DNA of 59,639 bases from Paracoccaceae bacterium (GTDB lineage: Bacteria > Pseudomonadota > Alphaproteobacteria > Rhodobacterales > Rhodobacteraceae), in NCBI GenBank assembly GCA_047639325.1, contig JBLINN010000001.1, positions 1 through 59,639 on the forward strand, written 5' to 3'. Position numbers and translations under genes: made by a program. The notes below the pieces were generated by a model. That model did not search any database, had not been told where the DNA came from, and was given only the letters and a program-made list of their open reading frames with translations. Shown here in pieces: positions 45,855 to 53,956 of the stretch (positions are counted from its first letter, which is position 1; every line of letters begins with the position of its first letter).

Positions 45855-48065
45855 TCAGGCGACCAGCAGAGTTTGATCCGGCGTCTGCTCGGGGGCCTGC
45901 GTTTGAAAGATTTCAGCCAGCGCATCGATTGCCACCAACCACTGGTTCTTGCGGGCCTCGTCGTTTAGCAGGTCCAACAGCCGCGCAGCACCGGCATGTG
46001 GGGCGTATTCCCCCAGCAGCTTACCGATGTCGCGGCGATAGATACCGTCATTGCGCGCCGCAAATTCGACCAGCGCATCAACCCCGTCGTCACCACCAAG
46101 ACGCGCCAGCGCACGGGCGGCAGCGATGCCAGCCCCAAGGTAGCTGTCGTTCAGCGCACCGGTCAGCGCATCGCTGACCACATTACGCCGATCCAAGCTT
46201 CGGATCGCTTCGACCCGCACCAGCTGATCGTGATGACCGACAAGGGCGACCAGCAATTCGTCGATGGCGTCGCCGGGAAGAAAGCCAAACAGACGCGTCG
46301 CCAGCACCCGAATTTCCGAGTTTTCACTGTCCAGCAGACCCTTTGCCGTTTCAAACAGGCTGTCCGGCAAATGACCGCGTGAGTCGCCATGTTCGGCCAG
46401 CGAAAACAGCACTGCCTGCCGGGTTTCTTCGTCGATATCACTGTTCAGGGACGCGATCAGCGCCTCGGTAACCTCGTCCTGTACCACCTGCCCCAGCAAC
46501 CGCGCCGAAAACCGCTGAACATCCAGATACGGCGCCACTTCGGTGTCCCAGGACACTTTGCGCTTGGAAAACTTGCGGGTGTTGGTCATCGCCAGCAAGC
46601 GTTCCTGATCATCGTCCAAAATGATCTCTTGCAGCGGCGCTTTGGGTTGATCAGGCTCGTTGGCCATAATCGCGCGCAACGTCGATCCCGGCGCGGCATC
46701 TGCGGCCACCAATGGCAGGCTTTCATCAATCTCGCGGGCGATTTCCTCTAGCTCAGCCTGATCCGGCTCTGCTTTGGGCACCAGTTCGATCACCGGTTCA
46801 ACCTCTTCCACTTCTGGTTCTTCCGGCGGCAGCACCAATTCGCCTTTCAGCGCGATCAGCAGGCCGACACCCGCGTCATTTGGCCAGACGGGATCGTTTG
46901 CAGCGATATTGGCAAGGGTTGTCAGGCTGGACAGGCGCATTTGCCGGTTCGGGTCTGCGGCCACTTCCAACAAGGCGGGCACAGCGGTTTCCCCGGCTTT
47001 TTCAAGGGTTTCCAGCACGCCAATGCGGAATTCATGGGGGATTTTTGCGTTGCCCAGCACATGCATAAAACCTTTGGCAACCACCGGGCCTTTTAGGGCA
47101 AACAGCGCCAGCGCTGCGTGTCTGGCGGCAGTTGGGTCGCCCTTAACGGTGTTTTTCACCGCGTCCACCTGTTCCTTTTCCCGGAAAGTCTCGGGGTGGG
47201 CGGCGATGATTTTGAACACTTCGACGCGCACTTTGGGGTCCGCATCGGCAATCAGGTCGCGCAGAACCGGCAAGTGGGCCACCCCGTGATGGTGCACAGC
47301 AGCGGCGCGCACGACGGCGTCGGGGTCTTGAAACATCTCGACCAAACGCGCATCGTCAGACGCCAGGTTTTCCAGCGCAAGGGCGCGGATCGCGGCGGAT
47401 TTATCGGCCAGCATGTCGCCCAGCAGCGCGCTGAGATGCGGGTTATCCGACTGCCCCACGGCCCGGGCAACGCGCCGGACAAGGCGAGGATCGCCGCTTT
47501 CGTAAAAGACGCCCAGCGCCTGCGCCCCATCGTGGCCCATTTTGGCCAAAGCGCAAAACGCCGGTTCGCTAACATCCTGGCCCAATTCGTCGGCCATCGC
47601 GGTCAGAATTTCGGAAACCGCCTCTTCAACCTGAAAGTCGCCCAAAGCCTTGATCGAGGTCATCTGGATATCGTCCCAGGCGTCCCAACCATCGGTATAA
47701 AAGGCCTCTTCGTCCCAGGCGAATTGATCTTCTGAACGTGACACGGCCAAGGCGCGCAACAGCGGCACAACCGGTTGGTGGCGCATCGCCACAAGGGCCT
47801 TGATGGCCGCTTTCTTGACATCAGATTCCGGGTCGCCAACCAAGTTTTCCATCAGCTTGTCGGCTGTCTCTGGGTCCTGAATATCGGCCAGCGCCATCGC
47901 GGCATCGGTGCGCACATCCGGATCTTCATCCAGCAGCGCGGCGACCAGATCGCTGGTTGCTTTTGGCCCGCCGATGACCCCCAAAGCCCGGGCAGCCGCA
48001 CAGCGATGAACGTCTACCTCGCCCTTCAGGATTTCGCTAAGTCTTTCTGCTGATTTGATTTTCAT
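45855..48065 (-). CDS. Large HEAT-repeat (PBS-lyase-type) protein
   Basis: Repeated ...RxAAxALGxIGxxxAvxxLxxaLxDxDpxVRxxAaxAL... units throughout, with an acidic central linker. Start is ATG 48065 or GTG 48074. Confidence 0.8.
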   Translation of the reverse strand: MKIKSAERLSEILKGEVDVHRCAAARALGVIGGPKATSDLVAALLDEDPDVRTDAAMALADIQDPETADKLMENLVGDPESDVKKAAIKALVAMRHQPVVPLLRALAVSRSEDQFAWDEEAFYTDGWDAWDDIQMTSIKALGDFQVEEAVSEILTAMADELGQDVSEPAFCALAKMGHDGAQALGVFYESGDPRLVRRVARAVGQSDNPHLSALLGDMLADKSAAIRALALENLASDDARLVEMFQDPDAVVRAAAVHHHGVAHLPVLRDLIADADPKVRVEVFKIIAAHPETFREKEQVDAVKNTVKGDPTAARHAALALFALKGPVVAKGFMHVLGNAKIPHEFRIGVLETLEKAGETAVPALLEVAADPNRQMRLSSLTTLANIAANDPVWPNDAGVGLLIALKGELVLPPEEPEVEEVEPVIELVPKAEPDQAELEEIAREIDESLPLVAADAAPGSTLRAIMANEPDQPKAPLQEIILDDDQERLLAMTNTRKFSKRKVSWDTEVAPYLDVQRFSARLLGQVVQDEVTEALIASLNSDIDEETRQAVLFSLAEHGDSRGHLPDSLFETAKGLLDSENSEIRVLATRLFGFLPGDAIDELLVALVGHHDQLVRVEAIRSLDRRNVVSDALTGALNDSYLGAGIAAARALARLGGDDGVDALVEFAARNDGIYRRDIGKLLGEYAPHAGAARLLDLLNDEARKNQWLVAIDALAEIFQTQAPEQTPDQTLLVA

Positions 48066-48118
48066 CTGACTCACTCATGGTTTGATGCGCTAAACTATCA
48101 ACCCCGTCAGGCACGGCG

Positions 48119-48132
48119 TTGACCCAAGTCAA
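48119..48132 (-). promoter_or_regulatory. FNR/CRP-family (FnrL/Dnr-type) box upstream of the HEAT-repeat gene
   Basis: TTGACCCAAGTCAA is a perfect TTGAC-N4-GTCAA palindrome, centred about 60 nt upstream of ATG 48065. Confidence 0.55.
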
Positions 48133-48137
48133 GGGCA

Positions 48138-48173
48138 GATCACCGGCCAGCGGATTCGCTCTGGCCGGTGATC
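48138..48173 (-). terminator. 13-bp perfect inverted repeat after the Mo-subunit gene
   Basis: GATCACCGGCCAG-N10-CTGGCCGGTGATC lies between stop 48219 and the FNR-type box. Weak T-tract, so it may be an attenuator or processing site. Confidence 0.4.
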
Positions 48174-48218
48174 ATTTCGACCGTTCCGGGGCGCCCAAAC
48201 CGGACGCCCCGGCATTTA

Positions 48219-50897
48219 TCAAATAACGATGTCGCGCGGTGCAAAGGACATCGACCGGAAGGTGTGCTTGTAAGGCGACTCACCAATCTTGGTGACCTTC
48301 GCGATACCCATCTTGAAGTTGTAGTTACCGCTGATCCAATCGACGACCCGTCCGGCCAAAGCGTTGGCAGGCTGGCTGGCATGCAAGAAGTCCATATACA
48401 TGACCCCCGGCTTAACCGCCCGCGTCACCATCGCCACCGCCGTTACCGCAGCTTCGCTAAGTTCGACGTTGCCGTTGGCCATCTGACCGGCGAACGAATA
48501 ATCCGATCCTTCGACCCCCAGCGTGGTGTCCTTCAACGAAGGCACGCGGTCATTGGACAGCAGGACCATATCGCCACTTTCGATACCGCGGGCTGCGGCA
48601 TCTTCGGTGTTGATCTCAACCCAGTTATCCGGCCAGCGCTGGACAATGTAGGGCCGCCGCGTGTCGTCGAAACCAGACTGCCAGCGTTCGTTGGCACGAC
48701 CGGACGTACACCACAGTTCGTCGCCTTTTGGCTTCATCCATTCCCAATAATCCGAGAACAGATCCCAAGGCGATTTCTGGATGTTGCACTTGCCGGTCTG
48801 CGAATTGAAATGCGTCAACTTCTTGTTGTACATGTTCAACGCAGTCGGCCCGCCTGGCATCAGCTTACGTGTGGTGTCATGCAGACGAACGGTGCCTTCC
48901 AGCGTTCCATCCGGGTGCATATAGACCGGGCCCTGAATACCGTTGGTTCCCATTTCGCGGAACTTCTGGTGCAGGGTCTTGCCCTCGCGATGCGCTGCCA
49001 CTTTGACCATGTTAAAGTCTTTGCGGCTGCCTCGGGTGAACTTGGCCAGTTCCTCGGCAACATCGTTAGAGTTTTCCCAATCAAAGCCCTCAAAGCCCAT
49101 CTTTTTGGCCAGCTGGGCAATGATCCACCAATCCGGTTTCGCTTCTCCCGGTGCATCGTAGAACTTTTGATACAGCCGGATACGACGTTCGCCGTTGGCC
49201 CGCAGGAAATCCTCTTCGCCCCAGGTTGCCGCCGGAAAGATGATGTCCGCAAACTGGTTGCCGATTGGATCGACCAGATAGATATCCTGGTTGACAACCA
49301 CCATGCCGCCACTATCAACCCGTGCTTTCAGGGTCTCAAGGATCTTTTCGCGGTTGATCGACTGGATCTGATGCGGGTTGCCACGGGTCAGTTCATGGAA
49401 CCGCTGCGACAATTGCTGAGATCCCAACATCGACTGGATCCAGGTGGTGCCGATGACATGTGCCATACGGGTGTGGCCCGCCATGGTCCAGGTATCCGTG
49501 TCCAGCGCCCGACGACGACGACCCGGCAGCTTCATCGGCGATTTGTTGCGCGGATAACCCCCGCCACGTACACCGCCACGCTGGTGACCACCCGCCCGGC
49601 CAATAACCTGACCAGGACGTCCGCCTGCGCCGACAGTGATCCCAAGTGCGGAAATCGCCTGGGTATTGCCGGTGTTGTTGGACCAATAGAAGCCTTTTTC
49701 GATCATGATCGAAGTTTTTGGCCGACTGCCATCATCTTTTGGCTTGGCCATCATCTCGGCTGCCAGCTGAATTTTCGCAGCATCCACGCCCGAAACTTCG
49801 GCCGCGGCTTCCAGCTTGAATTCATCCTGTGCCAGCAACCACTTGGACCAGTCTTCAAACCCTTTGGTCTGGAATTTGCCCCAGGTTGTCCGCCACTGCC
49901 AAGGGGTGTTCCGTGTGCCCTGACCAAAGCCCGAGGAAGACCCCCACTGGTCATTAACCCACTTTTCGATCCACTCTTTGTCCTGCCAGCCGTTCTCGAC
50001 GATGATCCGCGCAATGGCGTTGACCACCAACAGGTCTGTGCCGGGTGTCACGTCCAGCCACAGCCCGCCGTTCTGTTCGGCGTAAGCCACACCAGCGGTC
50101 TTGCGAGGCACCATAAAGATGGCCTTTTGACCATTCTGGATGCCCTTCATGATCCACTGCGTGAACAGGATCGTCTTGGTCTCGTAAGGGTCCGTGCCGC
50201 AGATCAACAGGGTTTCGGCGTTCATCCAGTCTTCGTAGGCCGGGCCGAAATTGTCGAACCCTGCATCCCGGAAACCGGGTGTCGAAGACACGTCAGACGG
50301 GGTGTCGTGGAAGGTGAAGTTTGCCGTGTTGATTGACCGCAAGGCGTATTTGGTGATCGCGTAGGTGTTCTCCATATACTGATAAGAGAACGTCTTGACG
50401 CCATAGGCATTGTGACCGTGCTTTTTGATCACGTATTTGCCGATTTCGGCGGCAATATCCAACGCAAAGTCCCATGGAACCGGTTGCAGGATGCCATAGA
50501 TACGCATCATCGGCGACTTCAGACGGTCCCGTGTCGGGGTTTCCGGATTATAGCACTTCTGCGCGATACAGCCGCCACGAAGCGAGCTGTCGCCGTCGGT
50601 ATTCACAAACTCGGTGTCTTTGTCGGGGATGATCACGACGTGGTGCGGCTCGCCTTCGTGCAGCACCACGTTGTGCTGGTTTGGGGCAACCCATGGGCCC
50701 AAAGGCGCCACCGGGAAATCTTCGCCAAATGCGTTTTCTTCGGCCTTCTGGCCACCGCGCTTGTCGCCTTTGACCGGCCAGCGATAGACTTTGTAACCAC
50801 AGGCAACGATGCAATAATCGCAGGCGGTGGTGATCACCTCGGCATCTGCCGGTGGCAGGGGCCCGTGTTGATCGGGGATGTAATACGGAGTTGACAT
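48219..50897 (-). CDS. Molybdopterin oxidoreductase large subunit, arsenite-oxidase/iodate-reductase (AioA/IdrA) family
   Basis: N-terminal 3Fe-4S motif TACDYCIVACGYKVYRW (C-X2-C-X3-C). Collinear with AioA as I recall it (PDK...SSLRGG, GGHQRG, NGERRIRLYQKF.D.PG, FDWEN). No own signal peptide. GGAGAGG Shine-Dalgarno. Confidence 0.88.
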   Translation of the reverse strand: MSTPYYIPDQHGPLPPADAEVITTACDYCIVACGYKVYRWPVKGDKRGGQKAEENAFGEDFPVAPLGPWVAPNQHNVVLHEGEPHHVVIIPDKDTEFVNTDGDSSLRGGCIAQKCYNPETPTRDRLKSPMMRIYGILQPVPWDFALDIAAEIGKYVIKKHGHNAYGVKTFSYQYMENTYAITKYALRSINTANFTFHDTPSDVSSTPGFRDAGFDNFGPAYEDWMNAETLLICGTDPYETKTILFTQWIMKGIQNGQKAIFMVPRKTAGVAYAEQNGGLWLDVTPGTDLLVVNAIARIIVENGWQDKEWIEKWVNDQWGSSSGFGQGTRNTPWQWRTTWGKFQTKGFEDWSKWLLAQDEFKLEAAAEVSGVDAAKIQLAAEMMAKPKDDGSRPKTSIMIEKGFYWSNNTGNTQAISALGITVGAGGRPGQVIGRAGGHQRGGVRGGGYPRNKSPMKLPGRRRRALDTDTWTMAGHTRMAHVIGTTWIQSMLGSQQLSQRFHELTRGNPHQIQSINREKILETLKARVDSGGMVVVNQDIYLVDPIGNQFADIIFPAATWGEEDFLRANGERRIRLYQKFYDAPGEAKPDWWIIAQLAKKMGFEGFDWENSNDVAEELAKFTRGSRKDFNMVKVAAHREGKTLHQKFREMGTNGIQGPVYMHPDGTLEGTVRLHDTTRKLMPGGPTALNMYNKKLTHFNSQTGKCNIQKSPWDLFSDYWEWMKPKGDELWCTSGRANERWQSGFDDTRRPYIVQRWPDNWVEINTEDAAARGIESGDMVLLSNDRVPSLKDTTLGVEGSDYSFAGQMANGNVELSEAAVTAVAMVTRAVKPGVMYMDFLHASQPANALAGRVVDWISGNYNFKMGIAKVTKIGESPYKHTFRSMSFAPRDIVI

Positions 50898-50909
50898 GTT
50901 TTTCCTCTC

Positions 50910-51491
50910 CTAACCTTGAAGGTTGTCGTGACGGCCGTAGATCAGCCCGAAAATTCCGGTGGCGTAGATATCGTCACCATCCAGTTCCAGCAGGATCTGC
51001 GGCAGGCTTTGATAGGCTTGCCCTGAAATCAGGATTCCGTGCCGTGTCAGGTCATATGTCGACAGGTGCAACGGGCAGGCGCCCAGGGATTTCGTGTCGG
51101 CCTTGTAGCTGTCAAACAACGTGCCACCCTGGTGGGTGCAGGCGTAATTGAACGCGACCACGTCCTGTTCCGGGCCGATGCCGCCACCGGCGCGAACGCC
51201 CATTTTGACGATCATGTTGTCGCTGTATTCGCCTTCGTCCGGGTAGTTGAAGTCAAACGGAACATCCGTTTTCAGATCGGACAGTTTGCCAATCAGCTTG
51301 CGCGGATATTCGGTGATTTGCGCCGGCACTTGCTTGGCCTGCGCCGTGCCCGGATCAAGGGTGATCATGATGGTCGTGGTGACCCCTGCCCCGATCAGGA
51401 ATTTACGGCGGGATACCAGGCACTTGTGCCCAACGGCCTTGGCGGCTTCCTTGCGGGTCATCCCCGTTTCGGCTTTTACATCTTGTGACAT
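50910..51491 (-). CDS. TAT-exported Rieske [2Fe-2S] small subunit (AioB/IdrB-like)
   Basis: Twin-arginine SRRKFLIGAG. Rieske boxes C-T-H-QGG and C-P-L-H. Start at ATG 51491 after AAGGA. Confidence 0.85.
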   Translation of the reverse strand: MSQDVKAETGMTRKEAAKAVGHKCLVSRRKFLIGAGVTTTIMITLDPGTAQAKQVPAQITEYPRKLIGKLSDLKTDVPFDFNYPDEGEYSDNMIVKMGVRAGGGIGPEQDVVAFNYACTHQGGTLFDSYKADTKSLGACPLHLSTYDLTRHGILISGQAYQSLPQILLELDGDDIYATGIFGLIYGRHDNLQG

Positions 51492-51511
51492 ATTTTTTCC
51501 TTTTCCAATGC

Positions 51512-52654
51512 TCACTCGGAAGCCATGGCTTCGTAGGGTGGCAAGACAGGCGGTTCGACTTCCAGTTCGTCACCCGAAAAGGCTTCGAGGAAGGCAACCA
51601 GTTGGCCCACTTCGTCGTCGTCCAAACCAAGCGGTTTGATCAGGTCGGATTTGGTTGATGACATGGTGCCGTCGGTAAAGTCGTTTTCACCGCCACCGGC
51701 GTTATAGAACTGAACCACTTCTTCGAGATCCCAGAACGCGCCATTGTGCATATACGGTGCCGTGTAGGCGGTATAGCGCAGGGGCGGGGTGCGGAATTTC
51801 CCCATGTGGTCCTTTTCCTTGGTGCGGAAATAAAGGCCCGGATCATCCTTCAGAACCCGGTACATTTCCTGGGTCACGCCCTTGGCAAAGATTTCATAGC
51901 GAAAGGTCACCTGCGCCAGTCCATCTTCTTCCCAACGCTCTGCGGGTGGCACGCCGATATTATAGTAATTCTCGTCCGTGGCCTGCGCGCCGTTGTGGCA
52001 CTGAATACAGCCCGCCTTGCCGTTAAACAGCTCCATCCCGGCGATCTGTTCTTCGGTCAGCGCGCTGGTCTCGCCGCCCAGATATTTATCAACCGGGGTG
52101 TCGTTGACGATCAGCGTGCGTTCAAACGCGGCAATCGCCGCCCATGCGTCGCCGATCAGCGGCCATTCGGTGCCGAACACATCGTTAAAGCGCGCCACGT
52201 ATTCCGGGATGAACGCCATCCGGGTTTCCATCACGTCGTTCTCGCCGTTCCCGGCAACCGCACCCTTGGCAGCAGACGGCGCCTGCTTTTCAAGCGAGGC
52301 AGCGGACCCGGCCCAAAACAACTGGCCCAGATAGGCCGAGTTGATCACCGACTGGCTGTTGCGCCAGTGAACGGTGCCCGGATAGCCGCGTGACAGGCTG
52401 TCGCCAAACCCCCAGCCCTGATCGGGCTCGTGGCAGGTGACACAGGCGGTCGATGCGTCGCCACCGATGCGCGGATCCCAGAACAGGATTTTGCCCAGTT
52501 CAACCTTGGCATCCGTCATCTTGTTATCCAGCGGAATGGGCGGATCGCCCAACGGGGCCAGGGCTGGATATTCCTGCGCCTGAGCCATCGCTGCCGAGGC
52601 GGCGATTGCCGCAACACCGGCCAGCAGAGTAAGTTTGTTTGTCATTGGTTTCAT
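51512..52654 (-). CDS. Di-haem cytochrome c peroxidase (CCP/MauG family), copy 2
   Basis: Signal peptide. CVTCH and CIQCH. FRTPPLRYTAYTAPYMHNG. Confidence 0.9.
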   Translation of the reverse strand: MKPMTNKLTLLAGVAAIAASAAMAQAQEYPALAPLGDPPIPLDNKMTDAKVELGKILFWDPRIGGDASTACVTCHEPDQGWGFGDSLSRGYPGTVHWRNSQSVINSAYLGQLFWAGSAASLEKQAPSAAKGAVAGNGENDVMETRMAFIPEYVARFNDVFGTEWPLIGDAWAAIAAFERTLIVNDTPVDKYLGGETSALTEEQIAGMELFNGKAGCIQCHNGAQATDENYYNIGVPPAERWEEDGLAQVTFRYEIFAKGVTQEMYRVLKDDPGLYFRTKEKDHMGKFRTPPLRYTAYTAPYMHNGAFWDLEEVVQFYNAGGGENDFTDGTMSSTKSDLIKPLGLDDDEVGQLVAFLEAFSGDELEVEPPVLPPYEAMASE

Positions 52655-52669
52655 CTTTCCTCTCCCGTC

Positions 52670-53791
52670 CTAGTTCTGAACTTCGCGCCAGTTTTCGATG
52701 GTCGGATAGTTGGTTGAAATAGGATCGGGCCAGACGTGCTCAGGACCGGTCAACGGATCACCAGACAGCGCCTCAAGGAAGGCAACAATGTCTTTCTGTT
52801 CAACAAATGTCAGGCCAAGCGGCTTGATGCGTTCGTCTTTGTTAGCGTCATCGCCACCACCGGCGTTGTAAAAGGCCACAACCTCGAACAGCGAACCAAA
52901 CATGCCGTTGTGCATGTAGGGCGCGGTGTAAGACAGCTCGCGCAGGGTGGGCGTATTGAACGACCCAATGTCGGACCCATCTGCCGGATGGCGGATAATC
53001 TGCGCACCCACGTCGCGGCGGATGTTCATGTAATTCTCGATGCCCATGAACTGCGCAAAGGCCGCAAAAGTCATGTGGCGCATCGGGTCGGACCAGATGT
53101 CGGGGTTCTCTGGCGTGCCGATGTTATAGGCCTGATCGTCAGTCAGACGCCGGCCATTGTGGCACGAGATACACCCGGCTTTGCCTTCAAAAAGCTCCTG
53201 ACCGCGCTGTGCGCCGTCAGACATGGTGCCTACGTCAAAGGGCGCACCGCGCGATGTCAGCGTTGCCAGATATTCCGGGATCGCCTTGCGGATTGACCCG
53301 TTCGACGGCTCGCCATATCCGGCCTCTTCGAACATCTTCACATAAATAGGGTCTTGCTTGACGCGTTCTTGCATCAGGCGCATGTCCATGTTCATCAGGT
53401 AATCTTCGGTGATCATTTCGCGGGTCACGTCGTTCAGGTTCGTGCCCAGACGCCCGTCGTGCATCCAGTTGGCGGCCAGCGCGGTGTTGATCAGGGTTGG
53501 CGTGTTGCGGAACCCTTTGGAACCCGGGTAGGCCAGCGACAGCGCCAAACCATCGGAATAGCCGTTTTCCGGCTGGTGGCAGCTGGCGCAGGATATCGCC
53601 GCGTCGCCCGAAAGCCGCTGGTCAAAGAACAGGCGCTGTCCCAGCGCGGCCTTGGCCTGGTTGATTTCCGGTGCCACGATCGGCCCCAGCGGTACTGTGT
53701 CCGCAAAGACGGTTCCGGCCAGCAAGGTTGCCCCCATCAGCGAGGCCCCCAATGTCAGCGCAAATCCGCGTTTGGATCGAGATATCGTCAT
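52670..53791 (-). CDS. Di-haem cytochrome c peroxidase (CCP/MauG family), copy 1
   Basis: Signal peptide MTISRSKRGFALTLGASLMGATLLAGTVFA. CASCH and CISCH. FNTPTLRELSYTAPYMHNG. Start trimmed to ATG 53791 after AAGGGAA. Confidence 0.9.
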   Translation of the reverse strand: MTISRSKRGFALTLGASLMGATLLAGTVFADTVPLGPIVAPEINQAKAALGQRLFFDQRLSGDAAISCASCHQPENGYSDGLALSLAYPGSKGFRNTPTLINTALAANWMHDGRLGTNLNDVTREMITEDYLMNMDMRLMQERVKQDPIYVKMFEEAGYGEPSNGSIRKAIPEYLATLTSRGAPFDVGTMSDGAQRGQELFEGKAGCISCHNGRRLTDDQAYNIGTPENPDIWSDPMRHMTFAAFAQFMGIENYMNIRRDVGAQIIRHPADGSDIGSFNTPTLRELSYTAPYMHNGMFGSLFEVVAFYNAGGGDDANKDERIKPLGLTFVEQKDIVAFLEALSGDPLTGPEHVWPDPISTNYPTIENWREVQN

Positions 53792-53887
53792 TGATTTCCC
53801 TTTCTTGTTAAAAATGTCTCCGGCTCGGAAATCGCGAAACGGATTGGTGTCCTGCGGGCAAAGTCGCAACCCCACCCCCCAAATTCA

Positions 53888-53901
53888 TTGACGGGCGTCA
53901 A
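53888..53901 (-). promoter_or_regulatory. FNR/CRP-family box upstream of the peroxidase-Rieske-Mo unit
   Basis: TTGACGGGCGTCAA is a perfect TTGAC-N4-GTCAA palindrome, about 103 nt upstream of ATG 53791. Confidence 0.55.
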
Positions 53902-53956
53902 GATTCCGCGATTTAACAAATTTTTACATCTGCGCCGGGGTCGGGCGGGCAGGATG

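Noticed and set aside
48168-50336. 722-aa plus-strand ORF
   Set aside because: It is antisense to the strongly supported AioA/IdrA-like gene. Its composition is rich in Arg, Pro, Gly and His with no motifs, a typical shadow ORF of high-GC DNA.
48219-50897. Straight annotation as arsenite oxidase aioA
   Set aside because: The fold and the 3Fe-4S motif fit. However, the Glu of the arsenite pocket appears substituted, no aioXSR or ars genes are nearby, two peroxidase genes precede it and the promoter carries an FNR-type box. I kept it at family level (Aio/Idr).
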